Source of the DNA: Macrostomum lignano
Taxonomy: Eukaryota
Assembly (NCBI GenBank): GCA_002269645.1
Contig: NIVC01001003.1
Coordinates: forward strand, 186,001-250,000
Direction of reading: 5' to 3'
DNA: 64,000 nt
In this document: piece by piece, positions 10,701-23,016 of the stretch
Position numbering within the stretch: position 1 is the first letter of the stretch
How the letters are laid out: each line of letters opens with the position of its first letter
Program-made: the position numbers and the translations under genes
Notes under the pieces: generated by a model
What the model was told of the DNA's origin: nothing
Seen by the model: the letters and a program-made list of their open reading frames with translations, nothing else
The model's database searches: none

Positions 10701-13522
10701 TACCCATTTAGACTCATTAGACAACATACACTCCTTGACAGTGTAGAGAGGGTTTTGCTGGACTCACCCCAATACCCAGTTGGACTTATCAGTCAACATA
10801 GACTCTTTACTGTAGAGAGGGTTTAGCTGGACCCACCCCAACACTTTTCTGAACCCATTTTCATTTATCAGCCAACATACACTCCTGACAGTGTATACAG
10901 GGTTTAGCTGGACCCACCCAACACTTTTCTAAACCCAGTTTCATTTATCAGCCAACATACACTCCTGACAGTGTATACAGGGTTTAGCTGGACCCACCCA
11001 ACACTTTTCTAAACCCAGTTTCATTTATCAGCCAACATAAACTCCTGATAGTGTAGACAGGGTTTACATGTCTGTCTGTCTGTCTGTCTGTGGGTTCGGA
11101 CCCACCCAACACTTTTCTAAACCCAGTTAGACTTGTCTGCTAACATATTCCTGACAGTGTAGAGAGGGCTTAGCTGCTAGAAATTCGCATTTTCCTACCT
11201 TTTTCTCGTTTTTTCCTTTGCAGCATTTTTTAAAGCATTTTTCTGTAAAGTTAATAAGGGTAGGTTTTGTGAGCGATTTTATAAATATCTTTAGCTTATA
11301 GATCCTTTAAATGTGAAACAGAACTCACCACAAGTCGAGTGCTTAGATTGCAGTACTGCCGGGGGTATGTCTCTTTTCGGTTCCCAAGTATTGCTCATGC
11401 TAGAATATTAAATACTAGCTGTGATTTTTTACTTAAAACTGACTTATGAAATACACTTGCAATAGCAGAATAGTGATGCGTCTCGAAACTTACCTTGAAT
11501 ATCTCTTCCACTTTACAAAGACCTTCTTTGCGGTGCACTTCACAATGCGCTCCACATAGTACGCTTTAGCCGTATTGGCGTGAATTTTTAAATTGCTGTT
11601 CGGCATTGCGTAGTTTGGAGCATACGCTGTACAATGATGTACCTACGTACAACAATAGGATATACTCAGTCTATGTAGCAGCTTTTGTAATCCAAGCGTA
11701 TATTGGATAAATAAGAAAAAGTATCAACACGAAGCCGATGCCAAGGAAGCATTGGGAAAATTGTCTTGTTTTTCTGGCTCTATTTATAAGATGGTTTATC
11801 TGGACCCCGAATTAATTCTGCCTCATCTTTCTCCTGGACCAATAGGATTCGCTCGGGATGGTGTGGGTGAATGGGGGACTGCACATAAGGGAAGGGCCTG
11901 GCCTTAGCCCGTACATCTTCCACTCTTCAGTTTCGATTTGCTCGCCATGAGTGTATGTGGTTTAGCTGGAACCTAACTTTATTGAACCTTAAGAACCAGT
12001 AAAATCATTTGGGGAAGGGTTAGGGGTCGGTTCGATGGAGTGGAGAGTTAGGTTTTAACACAAACCCTCAGTCATGTTGCTCTATATAGATATATACTCA
12101 TATATATATAGCATGTATGTATATATGTATTGATGTATACATGATGTATTGATGTATACATCAATATACGTATCTCGTAGACAGGATACGGAGTGAGTGA
12201 TCTTAGTTTCCGTTCTCTTATTTGAATAGATAATTGAAGTTTTTGAAGGACACCATTCAAATCAGGAAATTAAATAAGCTACGAATGGAGGCATCCCGTC
12301 CAGTAGCAACAATTAATGCTAATCCCCTATTTGACGCCAGCATGGCTAACAGCAACACATATTTCTAAACTATACATAAATTCTGCAGTTCCATTGATCT
12401 ATATTGGTTCTATAGCATAAAAATACTTTTCCCACGTTCTATTTCCAAAGCACTATATCACAAAAAAATTTAATAAAACTTTATTTGACTTACAAAGTGT
12501 CTGTTAAACATACGCTTTGTATGTCTATTTTTATATGTCTTCGGGTTAAGTGGACCTCAGCCACGTAATTTACATAGACTATGTAAAAAGTCCACGTAAA
12601 CTGAAATGCTTATAATTTCGATACGCTAATACTTCCAGTAGTAAATTTTCACACACAGTGTCAATACAATACAGAATCAACAAAAGAACTGAAAGCTTCG
12701 AAACCTAGATTAAAAAAAAGAAAAAAAAGAAAGAACTGAAACCTAGATTATAAAATACGTGGATATCTTGCTGTTTTCAATACTACTCATAGTAATTATG
12801 ATACTAATCAGCATTCTGTTAACGCACTTTCCCTGACTTCAGGTGCCAATTATTAAGTTTCGCGACACTGTCAGTCAACTAGACTGCGACCTGAACATCA
12901 ACAATCCCATCGGTATTTACAACACGCACCTCATGGCCGCATACGCCAAATGCGACTGGCGCGTCCGGCCCCTTGTGATGTTCGTGAAGCTGTGGGCGCA
13001 GTCGCTGGGGTGCAGGACGCCAGTCAGGGCCGGCTGTCAAGCTACAGTCTGGCACTGATGACAGTGCAGTACCTGCAGGCTGGCTGCAGTCCCCCTGTGC
13101 TGTACAGTCTGCAGTCCTTGTATCCCCAGGTGTTCGACTACAACAGGCCGTACACAGAGATTGACATGCGAGTGCAGTTGCCATGGGAGGAGTTGAGGTC
13201 GCAGAACTGCCAGAATTTGGGCCAACTGTTTTCCGGATTCGTGCAGTACTATTCGGAATTCGACTGGCGCGGCTTCAGCGTGAGCGTGAGGCTGGGCAAG
13301 CCGCTGCCAATCCAGCTGGCATACAGACTGGTGCCTGCTCAAGAGCTGCAGGGTGCTATGAAATTTAAGATCTACATCGAGGAGCCGTTCTCCCTGACCA
13401 ACGCTGCCAGATCCGTCCACAGAGACGAAGTGTTCGCCCAGATTCAGCGAGCGTTTCGCGTCACCGCCCAGTCGTTGCGCAATCAGCGCAGCCTCTCCGA
13501 CATCTTGAATAATCCAGTGTGA
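3591..13522 (+). CDS. TENT2: Poly(A) RNA polymerase GLD-2-like, paralogue A. Exons 3591-4280 and 12843-13522; a 1-nt deletion at 13007-13010 shifts the frame
   Basis: GSSLNGFGTNSTDLDLCL catalytic motif; phase-0 intron AAG|GTAAGC...CAG|GTG; second exon has DLNINN, RPLVMFVKLWA, LSSYSL and EEPF..TNAARSV; GGGG here versus GGGGG in paralogue B. Confidence 0.9.
4975..6155. repeat. ~65-66 bp tandem array, ~18 copies, in the GLD-2A intron
   Basis: Unit TTTGAAAAYGAAAGGTGTTCGCCGAAGTGAAGCAAATAAGCGGCATTATACATGGGATTAATTATAC repeated head-to-tail with no spacers. Confidence 0.95.
6478..9650 (-). mobile_element. Degenerate intron-containing tyrosine-recombinase gene (Crypton-like DNA transposon), with several frameshifts and a MITE insertion
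   Basis: Motifs FNRRRASE, GKRAENPVPLL, STKLRKYVAT and RHLDHSIKV-HYTFY after removing the insert. Upstream are CFFC..RH...H (one frameshift), LGDFAHNIAVL, KMRELARLL and PSIALKIG; C-terminal KWSAEEE..F Myb/SANT-like segment. In-frame GT-AG intron at 8770-9414. Confidence 0.85.
7220..7391. mobile_element. 172-bp foldback MITE with 8-bp TSD ACCTTGAT
   Basis: Long inverted arms; TSD at 7212-7219 and 7392-7399; termini CAT...ATG. Confidence 0.9.
9935..10380. repeat. 30-bp tandem array, ~15 copies
   Basis: Unit CTTAGTCGGTCTCTGGCTATCAGAGCCGCT; coding status unresolved. Confidence 0.9.
10690..11170. repeat. ~79-bp degenerate tandem repeat
   Basis: Recurring GGGTTTAGCTGGACCCACCCAACACTTTTCTAAACCCAG. 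Confidence 0.85.
11329..11606 (-). CDS. Two-exon chromodomain (exons 11606-11494 and 11399-11329)
   Basis: Spliced translation MPNSNLKIHANTAKAYYVERIVKCTAKKVFVKWKRYSSMSNTWEPKRDIPPAVLQ; a 94-bp GTAAG...TAG intron keeps frame; a GTGAGT donor follows exon 2. Confidence 0.8.
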
Positions 13523-13827
13523 ATTGTGAAGTCCAGTGTAACAAATACGTACCAGTTGGGATAATTGATCAGATGCATTTTATTGTGTAAATTCTTTTAA
13601 TTACTTTGTGAATAAATGGATACCCTGCATTGACTTATTTTCGAAGCCTTCGTTTTTTCTTGAGTCTTGAATTTATGGCTTTTTACTAGTACATGACGCA
13701 GTTACTTGTTACAACGCTCGTATACCAGCTGATTTTTTGTAAATTATGTAGCCATTTGCAAATAGAACATTATGAGCAGTGCACAAGTTTATTGAACCTG
13801 TGAAGCTCGTCCGTGTTCTCTGTAGTA

Positions 13828-14295
13828 ATGACTCTCAGATTATTACTGCTGTGACTCTCAGATGCTTACTGCTGTGACTCTCAGATGCTTACTGCTGTGA
13901 CTCTCAGATGCTTACTGCTGTGACTCTCAGATGATTACTGCTGTGACTCTCAGATGCTTACTGCTGTGACTCTCAGATGCTTACTGCTGTGACTCTCAGA
14001 TGCTTACTGTTGTGGCCTGTGACTCTCAGATGCTTACTGTTGTGACTCTCAGATGCTTACTGCTGTGACTCTCAGATGCTTACTGCTGTGACTCTCAGAT
14101 GATTACTGTTGTGACTCTCAGATGCTTACTGTTGTGACTCTCAGATGCTTACTGCTGTGACTCTCAGATGCTTACTGCTGTGACTCTCAGATGCTTACTG
14201 CTGTGACTCTCAGATGATTACTGTTGTGACTCTCAGATGCTTACTGTTGTGACTCTCAGATGCTTACTGCTGTGACTCTGAGATGCTTACTGTTG
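13828..14295. repeat. 23-bp minisatellite, ~20 copies
   Basis: Unit GTGACTCTCAGATGCTTACTGCT. Confidence 0.95.
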
Positions 14296-14470
14296 TTAGT
14301 TTTAGGTGTGCACTGCTGTCATTATTAAATCAAAGATACCAGTGGCAGCTAGTGCTTATAAGCAAAACTATTCACGTGTACAAGCGAGTTGAAAATCAAC
14401 ACAGTTCTTAAAATTGAGTAAATTTTACACAGCTTGTGCACCGCATTGCAGCCAGCCAGCTGGCCACCAG

Positions 14471-17450
14471 ATGCAGGGCTACGAGCAGACGCTGGCGCTT
14501 AGCCATTACTACGCTTGGAACTCCTTGGCTGACCTGCTGGGCCGGCAGCCGACCATCACCACAGCTGGTAGCGGCGGCGGAGCCGGCGGAGCTCCTGGCA
14601 GCGGCGGCGCCGGATTCGGCGGCTTTGGCGGCGGCAACCGCCAGCGGCCGGGCCGGGGGGCATCGTTTGGCCGGTTCTACGGCTGCGGCGGGCCGAAACG
14701 CGGCGGCTTCGGGCCCGGCTTTGGCAGCGGCAGGCCCGGCGGCAGTTCTTCGCGATTCCACAGCGCCGGCGGAGGCGGCCCGAGACAGTCTATGGAAATA
14801 CAACCGCCGCCGCCACCACCACCACCGCCTCAGCAGCAACCCAACGGGGTGAGTGTGGCGGCAGGCATAGCTGGATCCCATAGTCGATCGTTTTTATGCC
14901 TTTTCGCCAGCCTACGAGTATTTGACCCACGAGACCACCATTGACCTTTATTTCATCCACCGACCGTCTTTAACCTACGACCAAGGTCTTTGACCCACCA
15001 TTTACGGTCTTTGACCCACCACCGACGGTTTCTGACTCACCACTGAGGTCTTTGACCCACCACCGACACTTTGACCCACCGCCGACGGTTTCTGACTCGC
15101 CACTGAGGTCTTTGACCCACCGCCGACACTTTGACCCACCGCCGACGGTTTCTGACTCGCCACTGAGGTCTTTGACCCACCGCCGACACTTTGACCCGCC
15201 ACCGAATCTCTTTGACCCGCCACCGACACTTTGACCTGCCACCGACTCTCTTTGACCCGCCGCCGATACTTTGACCCACCGCCGACTCTCTTTGACCCAT
15301 TGCCGACACTTTGACCCGCCACTGATGCTTTGACCCGCCACCGACACTTTGACCCGCCACCGACTCTCTTTGACCCACCGCCGACACTTTGACCCATCAC
15401 CGACATTTGGACCCACCATTGAGTTCTTTGACCCATCACCGACACTTGGACCAACCATTGAGTTCTTTGACCCATCACTGACACTTTGACCCGCCACCGA
15501 CACTTTGACCCACCACCGATGCTTTGACCCGCCACCGACACTTTGACCCGTCACCGACACTTTGACCCGCCACCAACACTTTGACCCTCCACCGATGCTT
15601 TGACCCGCCACCGACACTTTGACCCGCCACCGATGCTTTGACCCACCACCGACACTTTGACCCGCCACCGACACTTTGATCCACCACCGACACTTTGACC
15701 CGCCACCGACACTTTGATCCAAAATTGAGTTCATTAACCCACCGTCGACTCTATTTGACCCACCGCAGTTGCCTCCCCAGGCGCCCCAGCTGCCGCCGCC
15801 AGCTACCCTATCATCCTCGCCAGCGGATTCGATGGCGGCCTACGCCGAATGGAACTCTGGCCGAATCTGGCAGCTATTTGTTGAGAAACGCCAAACCGAC
15901 GCCACCTACGAGAGGAAGCTGATGCTCAGAGACGCCCTGCTGTCAGTTGTGTCCGCTTCGTTTCACTCGGCCGGCCTGTTTATTGTGGGCTCGTCTATGA
16001 ATGGATTTGGCACCGATTGGGCCGACTTGGACCTGTGCCTGACCATCAATGACCGCGAGCTGGACCAGAAGCGGGACCAAGTGTTGAATCATTTGAAACG
16101 GCCACTGTGCCAGTGCCGCTTCATCACTAATATTGAGCTGATTCGAGCTAAGGTGCGTCAATTAAATCGCTGTCTGATATGGAGACCCTTTTTTATCAAG
16201 TTTAGTTCTATGTTCAGCATCTGGTCATTGGGTTTTGCTATATGGTCAGCACCTGCTAATTAGGTTTAGTTCTATTGTCAGCACCTGCTAATTAGGTTTA
16301 GTTCTATGCTCAGCACATGCTAATTACATTCAGTTCTATGCTCAGCACCTGCTAATTACATTCAGTTCTATGCTCAGCACCTGCTAATTAGGTTCAGTTA
16401 TATGCTCAGCACCTGCTAATTACATTCAGTTCTATGCTCAGCACCTGCTAATTACATTCAGTTCTATGCTCAGCACCTGCTAATTACATTCAGTTCTATG
16501 CTCAGCACCTGCTAATTACATTCAGTTCTATGCTCAGCACCTGCTAATTACATTCAGTTCTATGCTCAGCACATGCTAATTACATTCAGTTCTATGTTCA
16601 GCACCTGGTTAATGGGTTAACAACAAGTTTAGCAACTGGTCATAGGTTAATGAGGTTCGGTGCTTATCTTTAACCTGTCACAGTCTAATGCCTTAATAAA
16701 ACTATTAAGATCAAGAGCTTGCAACTGCAGTCTACATCCCAAAAAAACAAAAATCCTCAGGTCTCTATTTTGAAGTTTCACGACACAAAGACCGGTCTAG
16801 ACTGCGACCTGAACATCAACAATCCCATCGGTATTTACAACACGCACCTCATGGCCGCATACGCCAAATGCGACTGGCGCGTCCGGCCCCTTGTGATGTT
16901 CGTGAAGCTGTGGGCGCAGTCGCTGGGGGTGCAGGACGCCAGTCAGGGCCGGTTGTCAAGCTACAGTCTGGCACTGATGACAGTGCAGTACCTGCAGGCT
17001 GGCTGCAGTCCCCCTGTGCTGTACAGTCTGCAGTCCTTGTATCCTCAGGTGTTCGACTACAACAGGCCGTACACAGAGATTGACATGCGAGTGCAGTTGC
17101 CATGGGAGGAGTTGAGGTCACAGAACTGCCAGAATTTGGGCCAACTGTTTTCCGGATTCGTGCAGTACTATTCGGAATTCGACTGGCGCGGCTTCAGCGT
17201 GAGCGTGAGGCTGGGCAAGCCGCTGCCAATCCAGCTGGCACTGAAGCTGATTCCAGCTCACGAACAGCTGCTCACCGCCAACAGCTACAAGATCTACGTG
17301 GAGGAGCCGTTCTCCCTGACCAACGCTGCCAGATCCGTCCACAGCGACGAAGTGTTCGCCCAGATTCAGCGAGCTTTTCGCGTCACCGCCCAGTCGTTGC
17401 GCAATCAGCGCAGCCTCTCCGACATCTTGAGTAATTCGAGCCAGGCCTGA
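14471..17450 (+). CDS. TENT2: Poly(A) RNA polymerase GLD-2-like, paralogue B. Exons 14471-14848, 15769-16152 and 16761-17450
   Basis: All junctions are phase-0 GT-AG; GSSMNGFGTDWADLDLCL motif; same IxAK|V intron position as paralogue A; Gly/Arg-rich N-terminus; start codon less certain. Confidence 0.9.
14955..15765. repeat. ~19-bp degenerate minisatellite filling GLD-2B intron 1
   Basis: Unit TTTGACCCGCCACCGACAC, continuing into the acceptor TTGACCCACCGCAG. Confidence 0.9.
16245..16605. repeat. 32-bp minisatellite in GLD-2B intron 2
   Basis: Unit CAGCACCTGCTAATTACATTCAGTTCTATGCT. Confidence 0.95.
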
Positions 17451-18369
17451 GCTCGATACGATTGACTTTCTCTCGGAGAGCGGCTGTGTTTATTTTATTT
17501 TGAATTTATCAAGCGCTTTCAGTAAAACAGTTTTTTGTGCTGTTTCTGCATATACAGCGCAGGCTTTTCTATATTTAAGTTTTCTATTCTTTCATTTTAT
17601 CTTTGATGAGTTCTCTTTTAGCAATGCTTTTATTTGAAGTTTTCACAAGTCTTTCCGTCTGAATTTAATTCAACTTTTTCTCAACATTTGCTTTCATTCT
17701 TCGTTTTCCATCTTAAGCCTACTTTTGTTATGAAAAAAAATGACTCAAAAAAACAAAACTGCTCACCGAGGTACCGCCACATGTTTGCATTAGTTGTTTC
17801 GTCTTCCACAATAAGATCCGCTTCCGTACCCTGTACCAGTGCGCTGCCAGATGTGTGTAGTTTCTAATCCAGACTATGATAATAACTGCGACCTAGTTTC
17901 CTCGCTTCACAAACAGACTGACCCCCCATCAAATTGTCACGCAAAACCTCAAAGCTCAAACCTGTCGGAAAAAGATTGAACAATAAAACTTACTCTTACT
18001 GGAATTTTTTGCAACCCAGATCAAACCTGTGGTCCCTGTCTTGTTTTTATCCTGGTCTCGAATTTGATACAAGAAAATCTGTCACAAGTTTTCAAGCGAC
18101 CGTGCCATGTCGTCTGCGAACTAATAATTAATGATTCATTTTTGTGTTCTCCGTAATAAAAATGGTAAGAAATCGCATTCTGCAATAACCTCACGGTTTT
18201 CTCATCCCAGAGAAATTCTGTGTTCTCTGTTTCATTTTTCCACTTTGAATTTTTACTAGGGCTCTGTTTTAGTTGTAGGACTAGCAATCAGCCCCCCCCC
18301 TGTTGGAGAGGCAACAAATGTTGGAATAATTTTTTAATTAACTATATATGATGCTTCTGACCTCGCAGC

Positions 18370-18685
18370 CATGACATCTCAATCATCCCCCTCCCTTAAG
18401 CCTTGACATCTCAGTCATTCCTCCTGTAAGCCTTGACATCTCAGTCATTCCTCCTGTAAGCCTTGACATCTCAGTCATTCCTCCCGTAAGCCTTGGCATC
18501 TCAACCATTCCCCCGTAAGCCTTGACATCTCAGTCATTCCCCCCCCCTAAGCCTTGACATCTCAGTCATTTCCCCCCCCTTAAGCCTTGACATCTCAGTC
18601 ATTCCTCATGTAAGCCTTGACATCTCAACCAATTCTCCCTTAAGCCTTGACATCTCAGTCATCCCCCCCCCTAAGCCTTGACGTA
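18370..18685. repeat. ~30-bp minisatellite upstream of PRPF38A
   Basis: Unit GTAAGCCTTGACATCTCAGTCATTCCTCCT; a related reverse-orientation tract lies at ~35670-35770. Confidence 0.9.
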
Positions 18686-18751
18686 GGCTCACGTAGGCTT
18701 AGGCTATACGTGAGTAGTATTAGCATCAAAAAGCACCGCATTGATGTCCGC

Positions 18752-20179
18752 ATGGCCAATCGCACTGTGAAGGACGCGCACACGGTGCACGGCACCAATC
18801 CGCAGTATTTGATAGAAAAAATCATTCGTTCCCGAATCTACGAGTGCCGATACTGGAAGGAGGAGTGCTTCGCCGTCAACGAGGAGCTGCTTGTTGAACG
18901 GGCCGTCGCTCTCAAGTACATCGGCGGAGTACACGGCGGCAACATTAAACCGACTCCGTTTCTCTGCCTGACATTGAAGATGCTGCAGATCCAGCCAGCC
19001 AAGGACATCATTATCGAGTTCATTCGCCAGAAAGATCATAAATATGCTCGCGCTCTCGGCATGTTCTACCTGCGGCTGACTCAAGATTCGCTTGAGTGCT
19101 ATCGCTACTTGGAGCCGCTTTATAATGACTATCGCAAGCTCAAGCGCATCGACCGGCAGGGCGCCTTCTCCATCATCCATATGGACGAATTCGTTGACGA
19201 ACTGTTGCGCGAGGAGCGCTCCTGCGATGTCATCTTGCCGCGGCTGCAGAAGCGACAGGTGCTAGAAGAGGAAAACGAACTTGATCCCAGGGTCTCGCTG
19301 CTCGACGAGGAGCTTCAGGATGTCCGCCTGGAGGATGCCTTGGCCGCCGATGAGGATGACGACGGTGAGGACGCCAGTCGAGACGGCAGCGATAGAAGGT
19401 CGTCAGCTTCGCCAAGTCCGCGACGCCGCGACAACGTCTCGCCGCCGCCAAAGCGGCCATCGCCGCCGCCGCACAGGCAACAGCACCATCGTCACAGTCA
19501 GCAGCACCATCGACAGAGGCGACGGTCCCGATCAAGGTGCGCAATTCTATCTACTTGTTACCTGTGTGGGACTTAAGGCGCTTGTTATTAAGGGGCTTTA
19601 AGCAGTGGCGCTAATCAAAGTGGGCAGGCAACCCGCAGCCAGCAGTCATGCCAATATCGCTGACCTCTGAGCACGAACACGCTCAAACGGGGTGTACAGC
19701 AGCGCTGACTTTCTAATTGAAAGCCGTATACATGTAAACTCTGCTCCTTGAAATTTTAGTCAAATTATATTTATGCATGCATGCGTGTACATTGCAGGTC
19801 CAGGTCAAGGTCAAAGTCCAAATCGAGGTCAAGGTCGCCAGCCGAACGACGCCGCAAAACTGTCGACAACGGCGGCGGCGGCGGCGATTCGAAGAAGAGG
19901 CGCAAGAAGGACAAAAAAGACAGCAGCGGCGGCGGCAAGGACGGCAAATCATCTACCAAGGACAAAGACCGGCACTATAATAAAGATAAAGACAGGCGAG
20001 ACAAGGACAAAGACAAGGATAAAGACCGCGGCGAACGGAAGAGGCCGAGGCGGGACTCAGGCGATCGACGGGACCGGGATCGGGATCGGCAACAGCGAAA
20101 CCGCGACCGCGAGGAGGAAGAGATCAGAGAGGCAAACAAGCTGCGGGCTGAGCTGGGCATTCCGCTGCTCAAGCCTTGA
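18752..20179 (+). CDS. PRPF38A: Pre-mRNA splicing factor 38A. Exons 18752-19536 and 19798-20179
   Basis: MANRTVKDAHTVHGTNPQYLIEKIIRSRIYEC N-terminus; RS-rich tail ending NKLRAELGIPLLKP; phase-2 GT-AG intron. Confidence 0.95.
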
Positions 20180-20387
20180 TATGCCGGCCATAGCAGCTAT
20201 GTATCCGTATTCTGTTACATTATTAATACCTGTGCTATGCGTACCTGTGCATTATATAATGCGTGTAATTAAATTTGTAATGTGCATTTTTCGCTGTTTG
20301 ACTATGACTCTAAAACAAAAAAGCCTAGAGTATTTGCCGTTGGTATGTTGCAATTATTTTCATTTCAATAATCATATTATTATTTAC

Positions 20388-20679
20388 TGCAGCTGCCCTG
20401 ATGGCCAGATGAGCAACCGACAGCTCAGCCGCAGCTATTGCACGGCGTATCTGAAGGCTGCGTACGGCTGTTCAGTCCAAGGACTGGGGGGGGGGTCGCC
20501 ACACACAACCTCAATTACCCCAGCTAATGCTGGCACCCATTTTACAGCTGGGTGAACTGAAGCAGTGCAGAGTTAAGTGCCTTGCTCAAGGACACAAATT
20601 GTTCCAATGGGATCGGGAATCGAATCCCGACGTTTCAGTCGTGAGTCCGACGCTCTAACCACCATAGGCTACAACTCCT
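20388..20679 (-). mobile_element. tRNA-derived CORE-type SINE
   Basis: Reverse strand shows A-box (TGGTTAGAGC) and B-box (GATTCGATTCC), followed by GTGTCCTTGAGCAAGGCACTTAAC...CTGTAAAATGGG resembling the MIR/CORE domain; further copies at 28211 and 28959. Confidence 0.8.
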
Positions 20680-20680
<1 letters not shown>

Positions 20681-20725
<45 letters not shown>

Positions 20726-20767
20726 GGGTAGATAGATAGATAGATAAATATATAGATGGGTAGATAC

Positions 20768-20833
<66 letters not shown>

Positions 20834-20836
20834 GGG

Positions 20837-20909
<73 letters not shown>

Positions 20910-20912
20910 GGG

Positions 20913-20957
<45 letters not shown>

Positions 20958-20960
20958 GGG

Positions 20961-21011
<51 letters not shown>

Positions 21012-21016
21012 ATGGG

Positions 21017-21067
<51 letters not shown>

Positions 21068-21084
21068 CTAGATAGATAGATGGG

Positions 21085-21121
<37 letters not shown>

Positions 21122-21156
21122 GGGTAGATAGATAGATAGATAAATAGATAGATGGG

Positions 21157-21201
<45 letters not shown>

Positions 21202-21308
21202 GGGTAGATAGATAGATAGATAGATAGATAGATATATAGATAGATAGATAGATGGGTAGATAGATAGATAGATAGATAGATAGATATATAGATAGATAGA
21301 TAGATGGG

Positions 21309-21385
<77 letters not shown>

Positions 21386-21420
21386 GGGTAGATAGATAGA
21401 TAGATAAATAGATAGATGGG

Positions 21421-21489
<69 letters not shown>

Positions 21490-21492
21490 GGG

Positions 21493-21525
<33 letters not shown>

Positions 21526-21528
21526 GGG

Positions 21529-21589
<61 letters not shown>

Positions 21590-21624
21590 GGGTAGATAGA
21601 TAGATAGATAAATAGATAGATGGG

Positions 21625-21689
<65 letters not shown>

Positions 21690-21692
21690 GGG

Positions 21693-21773
<81 letters not shown>

Positions 21774-21808
21774 GGGTAGATAGATAGATAGATAGATAGA
21801 TAGATGGG

Positions 21809-21845
<37 letters not shown>

Positions 21846-21880
21846 GGGTAGATAGATAGATAGATAAATAGATAGATGGG

Positions 21881-21949
<69 letters not shown>

Positions 21950-21952
21950 GGG

Positions 21953-22014
<62 letters not shown>

Positions 22015-22060
22015 CCGGTAGATAGATAGATAGATAGGTGGATAGATAAGATAGACAGAC
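20681..22060. repeat. (GATA)n microsatellite, ~1.4 kb, with GGTA variants
   Basis: Directly visible. Confidence 0.99.
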
Positions 22061-23016
22061 AGGCAGACAGAACAACAACAGACTCAATCGCACTGGCTCC
22101 GAGTACTGTACTGTACGAGATGAGTCTACTCTATACGGCATATAGTAAGTCGCTAACCTTAGCAGGGCACCTGAATAAACTCTAACCGAGAGCCAACGTG
22201 CTCAATCTACGGTAGTGTAACTAATAAACAGTTAGGAGAAGTTGATTGTGCAGATGTACGCTTGCTCGTTCATTGCATATTTTGTACATGGCAACCAGGT
22301 GTGCAGGATTGATTTATGATATAAAGTTGAAAACAACTCTAGCGCGCTCTCAAGCAACCGAGCGGCGGAGACCGATCGGGCGTCAATCTTCATTGTAAGG
22401 TTTGGTAAGTAAAAATCAGACATTAGGTTAGAGTCCAGTTTTACAATGCCTATTGTAATAGTTTGTTTGAGCCGGCTTGACCCCAGAAGAGACCAGCCAA
22501 ATCACTCGAAAGTCGACTCCAAGCAGCAGTAAGATAGCAGGGAGCCTCAACATTGGCCCAGCGGGTTTGAATCGGCACAAAAATTTACTATAAACTTTTC
22601 CCATATCTCAAGGTAGTAGAACCAAGGCGCACCTTTGGGTGTGTGCGCGTGCGTGTTTCATTGAGAGATAGGGCCAGCAGAGATAAGGTAGGCACCTGCT
22701 GCGCAGTGAGCAGTTTAAAATGCCCGAGTCAATCGATTATTTCTGATCACCAGCCTTGCGCGTGTTCCGCCCCCCCCCCCCTAGGCAGGTAGATAAGCAA
22801 CGCGGCGCTCCCCAGGTCAAAGAGACTGTCACGTGCTTCCGATTGCACAGTTTGATAATGCCGAGTATTTGACTCGATAAGAAATGTCTAACAGGTTGCT
22901 CGCTTTACAACCCAATTACATGTAGGTGTCTTTACTACTTCTCTGAATCTCCCGAGCTGCCTCTAGCGGGACCAGTTTAGTTCGCACTTCCTTCTACGAT
23001 CGCTACTTCTGGCCCG

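Noticed and set aside
21068-22141. 357-aa YLSI-repeat ORF
   Set aside because: Reverse translation of (GATA)n
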